Positions 16,052 to 22,943 of a stretch of DNA of 32,000 nucleotides are shown in pieces; the first letter of the stretch is position 1; each line of letters begins with the position of its first letter. The stretch is from positions 1,350,001 through 1,382,000 of the forward strand of contig CP060262.1 of assembly GCA_022646745.1 (NCBI GenBank). The letters are read 5' to 3'. Both the position numbers and the translations under genes were made by a program. The notes under the pieces are model-generated. The model saw only the letters and a program-made list of their open reading frames with translations, was not told the DNA's origin and made no database searches. This DNA comes from Planctomycetales bacterium (GTDB lineage: Bacteria > 4484-113 > JAFGCY01).

Positions 16052-16483
16052 CTAGTGCAGGTCGATGCGCAGCCAGACGTCGGTGCCGTCGAAACCCTCG
16101 AGCCGGCCCGCCTGGATGTCATTGGTGACCGTGGACACCACGGCCACGGTCTGGTCGTCAACGATGTACAGCGGCTGGCCGAGGTCGGCCTGCGTGATGC
16201 TGCCGCCCTTGGCGAAGCTGAACACGCCGCGCGCCATCACGCGCACGTTCACATCACCGTCGCTGCCGGAGCTGTTGTCAGCGTCCTCGATCGCCACGCC
16301 GATGAAGGTCTGGCCAGCCGTGTCACTGCCGGGCACGGCATGTCCCGTGCTGTCGGCGCAGACGATACCGCCCTTGAAGATCTGTGTGGATCCCTTCACC
16401 TTGTGCGCCGTCACGGTTCCTTCGCGGTGGCGCGTGTACCTGCTCTCAGTCAGTGCCGTCATCCGTCCCTCCCGTCCGCTCAT
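16052..16483 (-). CDS. DUF2190-like beta-rich head protein (decoration/cement-like)
   Basis: 143-aa ORF. The more likely start is the second ATG at 16462 (GGGAGGG 4-5 nt upstream). Positioned between the protease/scaffold and capsid genes. Confidence 0.45.
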   Translation of the reverse strand: MSGREGRMTALTESRYTRHREGTVTAHKVKGSTQIFKGGIVCADSTGHAVPGSDTAGQTFIGVAIEDADNSSGSDGDVNVRVMARGVFSFAKGGSITQADLGQPLYIVDDQTVAVVSTVTNDIQAGRLEGFDGTDVWLRIDLH

Positions 16484-16895
16484 CGCGGATGTTCACATAT
16501 TCAATGTCCGACAGCCCGAGGCTGCCGGCGATCTCACGCTCGAACTCGCTGAGCTGCGTAAACAGCTCATGCCCCGCCGCCAGTTCCGTGTCCAGCTGCT
16601 GCACCGGTAGGCTGTGCAGCAGGCCGGTCAGGCAGTCCAGCGCGCTTTGCTCACTGCCATCCGCCAGCAATACCGCATCGGTGTTGCCAGCCGAGAGGCA
16701 GAGCAGCAGCCCGCGCAGCCCGCTGGCCTCCATTCCCGGTGTCAGGCGGCCAGCAATGCGCAGTTCCGACAGCAGTCCGTCCACCGCGACTTCATTGTCA
16801 CGGCGGCGGTAGTCCGCCAGCTCGCTTGCCAGCCGGCGGTTCTCTTCCCCGAGGCGCAGGATCTCACCCGCGCCAGCTGTGTTGCCAGAATCCAT
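16446..16895 (-). CDS. Possible nested scaffold protein (Mu gpZ-like) from an internal in-frame start
   Basis: In-frame ATG at 16895-16893, preceded by GGAGG (16905..16901) at 5-nt spacing. It would yield a 149-aa helical, acidic C-terminal product. Confidence 0.3.
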   Translation of the reverse strand: MDSGNTAGAGEILRLGEENRRLASELADYRRRDNEVAVDGLLSELRIAGRLTPGMEASGLRGLLLCLSAGNTDAVLLADGSEQSALDCLTGLLHSLPVQQLDTELAAGHELFTQLSEFEREIAGSLGLSDIEYVNIRDERTGGTDDGTD

Positions 16896-17363
16896 CTCTT
16901 CCTCCATCAGAACACTGAGCAGCCCGGCCCCGCTGTCTGCGGCCAGCACCGGTTCGGGCAGGGCCGGCAGGCCACGCACCGCCGGAGCGCGTGCCCCGAG
17001 CAGTGCCAGGCCGCGCAGGTAGGGCCCGCGCCCGTCCAGCTCCCGCCAGACCTCCGCCGAGCGTGCCGGCCAGCGGCCCTCCGTGATCTGCGTTGCCAGC
17101 CAGTGCGGCAGGCCCTCGATGTCGGCGCGCAGGTGCATGCAGTCGAAGCGCAGGGCGGAGATGCTGCCGAGTGCCGGCCCACTGTCGCTGTGGTCCAGGT
17201 TGATCGTTGCCAGGTGGTACTGCGGGTCGTAGTTCGCCGCGATCTCAGCCAGCTGCTGTTCGCTGAATTCCACCGGCCGGCCCTGCATGTCGCGGTAGCT
17301 GCCCGGCCGCAGGATCGCCACGTCCCGCAGCTTCAGCGGGCTTCCCGTTGTTGCCATCGTCAC
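16446..17363 (-). CDS. Prohead protease / scaffold fusion, Mu gpI-like
   Basis: 305 aa. N-terminal VAILRPGSYRDMQGRPVEFSEQQLAEIAANYDP ... INLDHSDSG fits the recalled Mu-like protein I family. The C-terminal half is helical and acidic (scaffold-like). GTGA overlap with the portal stop. Confidence 0.7.
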   Translation of the reverse strand: MTMATTGSPLKLRDVAILRPGSYRDMQGRPVEFSEQQLAEIAANYDPQYHLATINLDHSDSGPALGSISALRFDCMHLRADIEGLPHWLATQITEGRWPARSAEVWRELDGRGPYLRGLALLGARAPAVRGLPALPEPVLAADSGAGLLSVLMEEEMDSGNTAGAGEILRLGEENRRLASELADYRRRDNEVAVDGLLSELRIAGRLTPGMEASGLRGLLLCLSAGNTDAVLLADGSEQSALDCLTGLLHSLPVQQLDTELAAGHELFTQLSEFEREIAGSLGLSDIEYVNIRDERTGGTDDGTD

Positions 17364-18655
17364 TGTCCACCTCCCTGTGGTTTGCCGCCGTGCGGCAGGC
17401 TGCGTCCGTAGCGGGTGCAGAGCTGCTGCGGGTCCTGCTCGATGCCCTGCGCGGCGAGGAAGGCATCGATTTCCAGCTCGAGCCGGAGGTCGCGTTCCAG
17501 TGGCGCATCCAGCTCGAGGCGCGGCAGGCGGCCAAGCGCCTGCGGCATGTTCAGTTCCACGATCCAGCGCAGCAGTGTGCTCGTGATGATGCCGGCCAGC
17601 GCATTGGCATCGCTTCTGATGATGTCGGCGCGCACGTTCTCATGCACCTGGCCGAGTGCGTAGCTGCCCCGTCCGCCTTCGGACTGCGTGGTGAGAGTCT
17701 GCCCCAGCAGCGCCTTGCTCATCTCGCGGTTGCAGAACTCCAGCAGCTCGAGGTAGGTCTCCACGCTGCCCGAGCGTGCGCCCTCCAGCAGGCTGAGTTC
17801 CACGCCCTCGGGCAGCACGATGCCGGTTTCCTGCTGCAGGCTGCCGACGATCTTCCTCAGCTGCCGGCGCTCCTCAATGCCGGTGGACGGCGGATGCGTT
17901 GCCACCGTGGTCGGGCTGCCGAACTTCTCGCAGTACACCACCCAGAAGCGCAGCACCTGGCGCTTGAACCAGCTCAGCCACCACACGCATCTCAGCGCCG
18001 GCAGGCCGTAGGGGTTCTCGTGGCGGCCATAGGGCGCGAACACGATGAAGCGCCTGTCCGGCAGCGGCACGCCGCGCACCGGCTGCTCGCGGGTCAGGAG
18101 GCGCAATGAACTGTCGGCCGCGAACACGAAGCGGCGTGGGTGGCGCGACTTCACGCTGCAGGGCAGCAGGTACTCGCCGGAGAGCGAGCCATTATCAATC
18201 CGCTGCCGCCGCCAGAGCACCTCGCTGACACTTATGCCATAGGGCACCGCGTCCAGCAGCTCACTGAGCAAGTTGTCAGCCCCGCCCGGCCCGTCCAGGC
18301 AGCCGCTGCCCTCGAACAGCTGTGCGCATAGCTCGGCGGCCTGCCGGGCCAGCACGCTGTCGTCCGCTGGTACGACGCGCCGCTGCCAGCCGAGCACCGC
18401 GGCCCGCCGCTGGCCGACGAGCGAGGAGAGATGGGCATCCTTGTCCAGTGCCTCCTCGAACAGTCCCCAGGGCCAGTCATAGGCCGCCGAGGGCTGCTTC
18501 GCCGCCAGCAGCGGGTCACGGTTGGGGCGCACCCCGAGCCAGCCTGCCAGCGGTTCGTAGAGGTCGCTGGCAACGCCTGCAATCTCCCGACCGCCCGGCA
18601 CGGCAACGGATTGTTCACGGCGCGGCTGCGCCTTCTTCCTCCCTGAAAAGAGCAT
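17360..18655 (-). CDS. Portal protein, Mu gp29/DUF935-like
   Basis: 431 aa between the terminase and protease genes. TAGGAGGGAAGG precedes ATG 18655. The region LGQTLTTQSEGGRGSYALGQVHENVRADIIRSDA resembles DUF935 portals (from recall). Confidence 0.75.
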   Translation of the reverse strand: MLFSGRKKAQPRREQSVAVPGGREIAGVASDLYEPLAGWLGVRPNRDPLLAAKQPSAAYDWPWGLFEEALDKDAHLSSLVGQRRAAVLGWQRRVVPADDSVLARQAAELCAQLFEGSGCLDGPGGADNLLSELLDAVPYGISVSEVLWRRQRIDNGSLSGEYLLPCSVKSRHPRRFVFAADSSLRLLTREQPVRGVPLPDRRFIVFAPYGRHENPYGLPALRCVWWLSWFKRQVLRFWVVYCEKFGSPTTVATHPPSTGIEERRQLRKIVGSLQQETGIVLPEGVELSLLEGARSGSVETYLELLEFCNREMSKALLGQTLTTQSEGGRGSYALGQVHENVRADIIRSDANALAGIITSTLLRWIVELNMPQALGRLPRLELDAPLERDLRLELEIDAFLAAQGIEQDPQQLCTRYGRSLPHGGKPQGGGQ

Positions 18656-18664
18656 CCTTCCCTC

Positions 18665-20242
18665 CTAGAATCCGCTCGTGAAATGGCCGCTGCCATCATC
18701 GTCATCCGCGGGCCCCGTGCCCGCCAGAACCGCCATGCCGCGCCGCCTCCCGGCAGCCGTGGCCAGCTTGCCAGCCATGCCTCCCGCCTGCTGCGGGGCG
18801 ACCTCCATCGCCCGGGCGAGGGCATCAAGCTGGTCGTCATGCGCACCCGCCGGGTAGTGCAGCGCTTCCTCGAGGAAGGCCGCCAGCCAGTGCGCCGAAT
18901 CGGGGATTGCTAAGCGCCCACGCTGCACCTGCACCGCCATCGCATCAAGCCGCAGCTCCTTTCTGGAGTGCGCCGGCAGCGGTACGGCGGGCAGGCCACG
19001 GTCCAGCGCGGCCTGGGAGAGCACCGCCTGGTAGGCCGTGTTCTCGATGCCGATGCGCTGCGGGCGCCACAACTCATTGAGCCGCTCCAGCAGCGCAATC
19101 TGCTCGGCGAAGCGCAGGCGGGCCCGCTGCATGTCCAAGAGGAACAGGCGCTGTCCCGCGTCGTCAGTGCCGAGCACCGCCGCGCAGAACCAGTCGTGCC
19201 TGTCCCCCTGGCCGATGGCGGGGTCCACCCCGATGCTGATCCGCAGGCGTTCGTTGCCAAGGAAGATCCCGTCCGGCCTGATGGCAACACCGCCTGCGGC
19301 ATAGCGCGCGAAGTCCCCCTCCCTGAAGACCTGCTGCGCCAGTGAGACCGGACGGTTCATGTATTCCTGGCTGAAGGCACTGTGCCCGATCTCCTGGCGG
19401 CGCTGCTCCAGACGCTCGACGGTCCAGCGCTGCGGCCACAGGGGCCGGCCCTCGTCGTCCAGTGCTGCCAGCCGGACGCTCTGCCAGTGCGGCAGGCTGC
19501 CCTCGGCGATGCGCTGCATCAGGCGCGCCAGCGCGGAGTCGTGGTGCAGCAGCGTGCCGAGCCAGACCAGGCTGCCGGAGGTGATGTCCAGCGCATTGAC
19601 AAGCGCGTGGTCCAGCCAGTGGCTGAGCCGGTCGCGCTGTTCCGCACTGCGCACCATGTCGTCATCCTCCGGGTCGTCAAGCACCACGAGGTCCAGCCGG
19701 CTGCCGTTGGAGAGTTGGCCGCGCACGCGACCGAGCGCGCCGATGGTTGCCAGGCGCTGCCCGCCGGCGAGGATCAGCTGGCTGTCATTCCAGCTGACCT
19801 TCGTGCCACGCGCATCCAGCGCCGGGGCGATCCTTTCGCCGAACAGGAAGTGCAGCAGGCGGTTGCGCTCCAGCTCCGTGGTGATCATGCGCAGCCGGGC
19901 CTGGGCCTCCTCGCGGTTGGCGCAGACGATCAGGATGTTGCGCTTGTCCCCGCAGCAGAGCTGGTGCAGCACCAGCCCGAGCGTGCCGATGGTGGTCTTA
20001 GCATGCTCACGGGGCAGGGCACCGGCCAGCCTGTGCCCGGGCTGCATCGCCTCAAGCAGTTGCGCTGCCAGCTCGTGCTGGAAGCGGCCAAAAGGCAGGC
20101 CCAGCAGATCCGGCAGGCAGACAGCGCAGAAGCGCAGCAGGTCGGAGCGCATCGACCGCCGGGCCTGCTCACGCAGAATGGCGATCCGCGCATCAGCCGG
20201 CAACGGCCGGAAGGGGATGGGGACAGGAACGGAACTGGTCAT
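18665..20242 (-). CDS. Terminase large subunit
   Basis: About 525 aa. Walker-A-like ALPREHAKTT and Walker-B-like RLDLVVLDDPEDDD, with a C-terminal nuclease-like region. ATG 20242 overlaps the TGA of the upstream gene by 1 nt. The ORF track begins one codon earlier, at TTG 20245. Confidence 0.85.
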   Translation of the reverse strand: MTSSVPVPIPFRPLPADARIAILREQARRSMRSDLLRFCAVCLPDLLGLPFGRFQHELAAQLLEAMQPGHRLAGALPREHAKTTIGTLGLVLHQLCCGDKRNILIVCANREEAQARLRMITTELERNRLLHFLFGERIAPALDARGTKVSWNDSQLILAGGQRLATIGALGRVRGQLSNGSRLDLVVLDDPEDDDMVRSAEQRDRLSHWLDHALVNALDITSGSLVWLGTLLHHDSALARLMQRIAEGSLPHWQSVRLAALDDEGRPLWPQRWTVERLEQRRQEIGHSAFSQEYMNRPVSLAQQVFREGDFARYAAGGVAIRPDGIFLGNERLRISIGVDPAIGQGDRHDWFCAAVLGTDDAGQRLFLLDMQRARLRFAEQIALLERLNELWRPQRIGIENTAYQAVLSQAALDRGLPAVPLPAHSRKELRLDAMAVQVQRGRLAIPDSAHWLAAFLEEALHYPAGAHDDQLDALARAMEVAPQQAGGMAGKLATAAGRRRGMAVLAGTGPADDDDGSGHFTSGF

Positions 20243-20856
20243 CAACTGAAGTCCCTCCCGGCCGCTGCCTTATCCGCAGCATCATGCTGCGGCGTATCTG
20301 TTTGAGTGTTGGCAATATCAATCGGGTCTGCATCGCTGGCAGCATGCTGCCCCTCAACCAGCAGTTCACGGCTGGATTCAAGGCGCTCCAGCAGCAGCTC
20401 CAGGGACTTCAGTGATTCCTCTCCAGCCGGGGCCTCCAGCGCTGGTCCGCCTTCCAGCGGCACCTTCTCCACCAGCTTGCCGATGGTGTTCAGTGATGCA
20501 TTGTCTGTGGAGTCCAGCAGGGCGCGCATCAGCTTCTGGCGGTAGATCGCATGCAGCATCGCCGGCGTGACCACGCCGCTGTCCCGCAGCTGCAGGCGCA
20601 GGCGGCGGATTTCCGGCGAACGGGCGTAGCTATCCAGCTCATCCGCCGTGACACCGACGGCCTGGTGCCAGCCGCCACTCGGACGCTGGCCGGTGGCCAG
20701 CAGGATGCGCACCAGCACATCCGCGCCGTCGCCGCTGAACAGCTTCGCTTCATCAAGCGCGGCGCTGGCGGGCGGAGCAGCCTGTTGCTCCAGTTCCATA
20801 TAGGGCTGCGCCGTGCCATTCCCGTTGAGTCCGGCGGCCTGCTTCAGTGCATCCAT
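20242..20856 (-). CDS. Putative terminase small subunit
   Basis: 204 aa. Assigned by position only, immediately 5' of TerL. GGAGG lies 8 nt upstream of ATG 20856. Confidence 0.4.
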   Translation of the reverse strand: MDALKQAAGLNGNGTAQPYMELEQQAAPPASAALDEAKLFSGDGADVLVRILLATGQRPSGGWHQAVGVTADELDSYARSPEIRRLRLQLRDSGVVTPAMLHAIYRQKLMRALLDSTDNASLNTIGKLVEKVPLEGGPALEAPAGEESLKSLELLLERLESSRELLVEGQHAASDADPIDIANTQTDTPQHDAADKAAAGRDFS

Positions 20857-20858
20857 GC

Positions 20859-21110
20859 TCAGGACCTCCGGCGCGGCTGGTACTTCATCCGGCCGCGGCC
20901 ATCCTCGCGGGTCTGCTCGAACACCTCATGCGGCTGCAGCTCCATCCCGAGCTCGCTGCCGAGCGCTTCGCAGATACGGCCGGCCATCGTCGGCGAGGGT
21001 GGGTAGTAGCCATTCTCCAGGTGGGCGATGCTCGCGCGGGCCACCTTCGCGCGGTTTGCCAGCTGCTGCTGGGTCATTTCGGCGCAGAGGCGCCACTGCC
21101 TCAGTTTCAT
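20859..21110 (-). CDS. Cro/Ner-like XRE-family HTH regulator, first gene of the particle operon
   Basis: MKLRQWRLCAEMTQQQLANRAKVARASIAHLENG is an XRE-type HTH. ATG 21110 is preferred over ORF-track start 21140 because GGGGAGAGG lies directly upstream. Confidence 0.75.
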   Translation of the reverse strand: MKLRQWRLCAEMTQQQLANRAKVARASIAHLENGYYPPSPTMAGRICEALGSELGMELQPHEVFEQTREDGRGRMKYQPRRRS

Positions 21111-21169
21111 GTCCTCTCCCCGTTCACAAGAACTATACATATATATTGCTTATTGCCTTTCCACTTGAC

Positions 21170-21189
21170 GCATGAATATTTATTCATGC
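21170..21189. promoter_or_regulatory. Perfect 20-bp palindrome, candidate operator
   Basis: GCATGAATA-TT-TATTCATGC (9-bp arms). It lies in the AT-rich divergent region, between the predicted Cro-side promoter and the cro-like start codon. Confidence 0.5.
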
Positions 21190-21203
21190 CTCTGATGTTA
21201 GGG

Positions 21204-21231
21204 ATTTTACCAGATTAGTCGATTTAGTCAA
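21204..21231 (-). promoter_or_regulatory. Sigma70-type promoter for the cro-like/particle operon
   Basis: Minus strand reads TTGACT (21231..21226), a 16-nt spacer, then TAAAAT (21209..21204). The tandem GAT(T)TAGTC direct repeat (21213..21229) overlaps the -35 and spacer. Confidence 0.55.
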
Positions 21232-21257
21232 GAAATGAGGCAAGAATTAACATTTTG

Positions 21258-21286
21258 TTGCCTTTGTAAGACAACTGTGGTAAACT
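21258..21286 (+). promoter_or_regulatory. Sigma70-type promoter for the repressor gene, predicting a leaderless mRNA
   Basis: TTGCCT (21258..21263), a 17-nt spacer, then TAAACT (21281..21286). The ATG at 21293 lies 7 nt after the -10 element. No SD is present upstream of the ATG. Confidence 0.5.
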
Positions 21287-21292
21287 CCTGTC

Positions 21293-22033
21293 ATGCCTGA
21301 ACGGACCAGCATCCGGCAGCGAGCCGGGCTGTACTTACGATTCCTTAGGTTGAAGGCGGGCCTTGAGCAGTCCGCTGTCGCAGCACGGCTGGAGGTCAGC
21401 CAGCCCACCATCTCCCGGCTTGAAAAGGGGCTCGGCTCCCCGGAGCCCGGGCATATCGCGGCCTGGCTGGCGATCTGCCTCGAGCAGGGGGATGTGATGG
21501 GCCTGGACCAGGCCTCCGCCGTGCTGCGCCTGCTGCAGGACATCCTCGTGATGGATGAGGAGGGGCCGGCACTGGCCGCCGAACTGGACCGGCTCCTGAG
21601 CGCGATGGTCACCGAGCGGCCGGAAATGGCGGCGGGCGTGCCCTACTTCGCGGATGTGGCGGCCGGGCCCGGTGAGAGCCAGCAGCCTCGGGTGGAGCCG
21701 CGCAGCTACATCGAGGTGCCGGCCGGGGTGGTGGCACGCGACCCGCAGGCCTTTGCGCTGCGCATCGTCGGCGACAGCATGCAGCCGCTGCTCCTGGAGG
21801 GCGACATCGTTGTCATCAGCCCGGCGGCGCAGCTGATCGAGGGCTGCATCGTGGCGGCCTACGTTGAACCGGATGGCGACGTGGTGAAGCGCTACCATCC
21901 CTGCCGCTCGGCTGACTGCGAGGCACGGCTGCGCAGCGCCAACCCGGCCTATGCGGACATCAAGCTGGGCGGCGAGAACGGACGCTCCGGGCGGATCTGG
22001 GGCCGGGTGCTGTTCTGCCAGCGGGAGCTGTAG
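21293..22033 (+). CDS. CI/LexA-type repressor: N-terminal XRE HTH plus C-terminal S24 self-cleaving peptidase domain
   Basis: 246 aa. HTH is LRLKAGLEQSAVAARLEVSQPTISRLEKG. Ala-Gly cleavage-type site is DVAAGPGE (21662..21667). Catalytic-type Ser is in GDSMQP (21776..21778), with Lys in VVKRY. Confidence 0.85.
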   Translation: MPERTSIRQRAGLYLRFLRLKAGLEQSAVAARLEVSQPTISRLEKGLGSPEPGHIAAWLAICLEQGDVMGLDQASAVLRLLQDILVMDEEGPALAAELDRLLSAMVTERPEMAAGVPYFADVAAGPGESQQPRVEPRSYIEVPAGVVARDPQAFALRIVGDSMQPLLLEGDIVVISPAAQLIEGCIVAAYVEPDGDVVKRYHPCRSADCEARLRSANPAYADIKLGGENGRSGRIWGRVLFCQREL

Positions 22034-22053
22034 GAGGCCAGGCTGTCAGCCGC

Positions 22054-22110
22054 CGGGATGCGGGATGCGGGATGGGGGATGTGGGATGTGCGATGAGCGG
22101 GATGCGGGAC
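22054..22110. repeat. Tandem heptamer array (CGGGATG-type)
   Basis: CGGGATG x3, then GGGGATG, TGGGATG, TGCGATG, AGCGGGATG and CGGGAC. It directly abuts the left REP copy. Confidence 0.85.
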
Positions 22111-22112
22111 AC

Positions 22113-22889
22113 GGAGGTGCGCAACTTGCTTGCGCACAATGGAAAGTGGCAATCAATGCCAATGCTGGAAGGTACGCGGAAATGGACGTTGACAAGCACC
22201 TCGGATTCTACAAACATGGCAACCTCCCTCACCTGGATGTCGCTCGCGCGGTCCAGTTCATCACATTCAATCTGGTGGATGCAGTTCCACGAGAACAGAT
22301 GTACCGGAATGCACTTGGGCTGGGAGTCAGGAGCGGCCACGCTTATGCATTGAATGATCGCCAACTGGACCGCGGAAAAGGAAGCTGCATACTGTCCCGA
22401 CCTGACATTGCCTCTGTTGTGAAGAACTCGATTCTCAGGCGGGAACAGATTTCTCACCAGACCCTTGCCTGGGTGCTGATGCCCAACCATGTGCACATTC
22501 TGATCAAGCAGCTGGAAGGGTATCCAATATCGCGAGTGCTGAAACAGATCAAGGGCAGCTCGACGCATGAAATCAGGAGCATTACCGGCACAATAGAGCC
22601 GGTCTGGCAAATCGGCTACTTCGACAGAATGATCAGGGATGTTTTGCAGTTAAGGCGGACTATTGACTACATTCATCAGAATCCGGTTCATGCACGGCTT
22701 GTCGGGTCTGCCAGTGACTGGCCAATGAGCAGTTACAAAATGTATGACTGGCAGAAGCTGGCGGAATCACTGATGCTGCCTGTGGAATGGTTGGAAGAAA
22801 CTCAAGCGGATGACAGATTGGCTACTGGCTTGTCTCGAAATTGAGGCCATTGCAGCTTTTCATTGTGCGCAAGCAAGTTGCGCACCTCC
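22113..22889 (+). mobile_element. RAYT unit: Y1 (IS200-like) REP-associated transposase gene bracketed by exact inverted 29-bp REP sequences
   Basis: GGAGGTGCGCAACTTGCTTGCGCACAATG at 22113..22141, with its exact reverse complement at 22861..22889. Each copy contains an 8-bp stem, 5-nt loop hairpin (GTGCGCAA-cttgc-TTGCGCAC). Confidence 0.8.
22182..22844 (+). CDS. REP-associated tyrosine transposase (RAYT, IS200/Y1 HUH family)
   Basis: ORF 21951..22844 trimmed to the in-frame ATG 22182 (MDVDKHLGFYKHGNLPHLD), because the upstream part overlaps the repressor gene and the heptamer array. HUH motif is MPNHVHILI; catalytic Tyr motif is IDYIHQNPV. Confidence 0.8.
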   Translation: MDVDKHLGFYKHGNLPHLDVARAVQFITFNLVDAVPREQMYRNALGLGVRSGHAYALNDRQLDRGKGSCILSRPDIASVVKNSILRREQISHQTLAWVLMPNHVHILIKQLEGYPISRVLKQIKGSSTHEIRSITGTIEPVWQIGYFDRMIRDVLQLRRTIDYIHQNPVHARLVGSASDWPMSSYKMYDWQKLAESLMLPVEWLEETQADDRLATGLSRN

Positions 22890-22943
22890 GCTCACATCCC
22901 ACTCTGCATTTTGCTCACTACATTATTCGTGCAATCAATGCAG

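Noticed and set aside
22054-22110. Heptamer arrays here, and at 13310, 28426, 30871 and 31207, considered as CRISPR arrays.
   Set aside because: The units are 7 nt, directly abutting, with no spacers. There is no 24-48-nt repeat periodicity, and no cas genes are in the window.
21951-22181. The long N-terminal extension of the RAYT ORF (start 21951).
   Set aside because: It overlaps the 3' end of the repressor gene, and its sequence is dictated by the GGGATG repeat array and the REP. The conserved RAYT body starts at the in-frame ATG 22182.
22182-22844. The RAYT acting as the integrase/transposase of the phage-like element.
   Set aside because: It is a self-contained REP-bracketed unit of the HUH Y1 family, with an identical REP elsewhere in the window. 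Nothing links it mechanistically to the particle locus.
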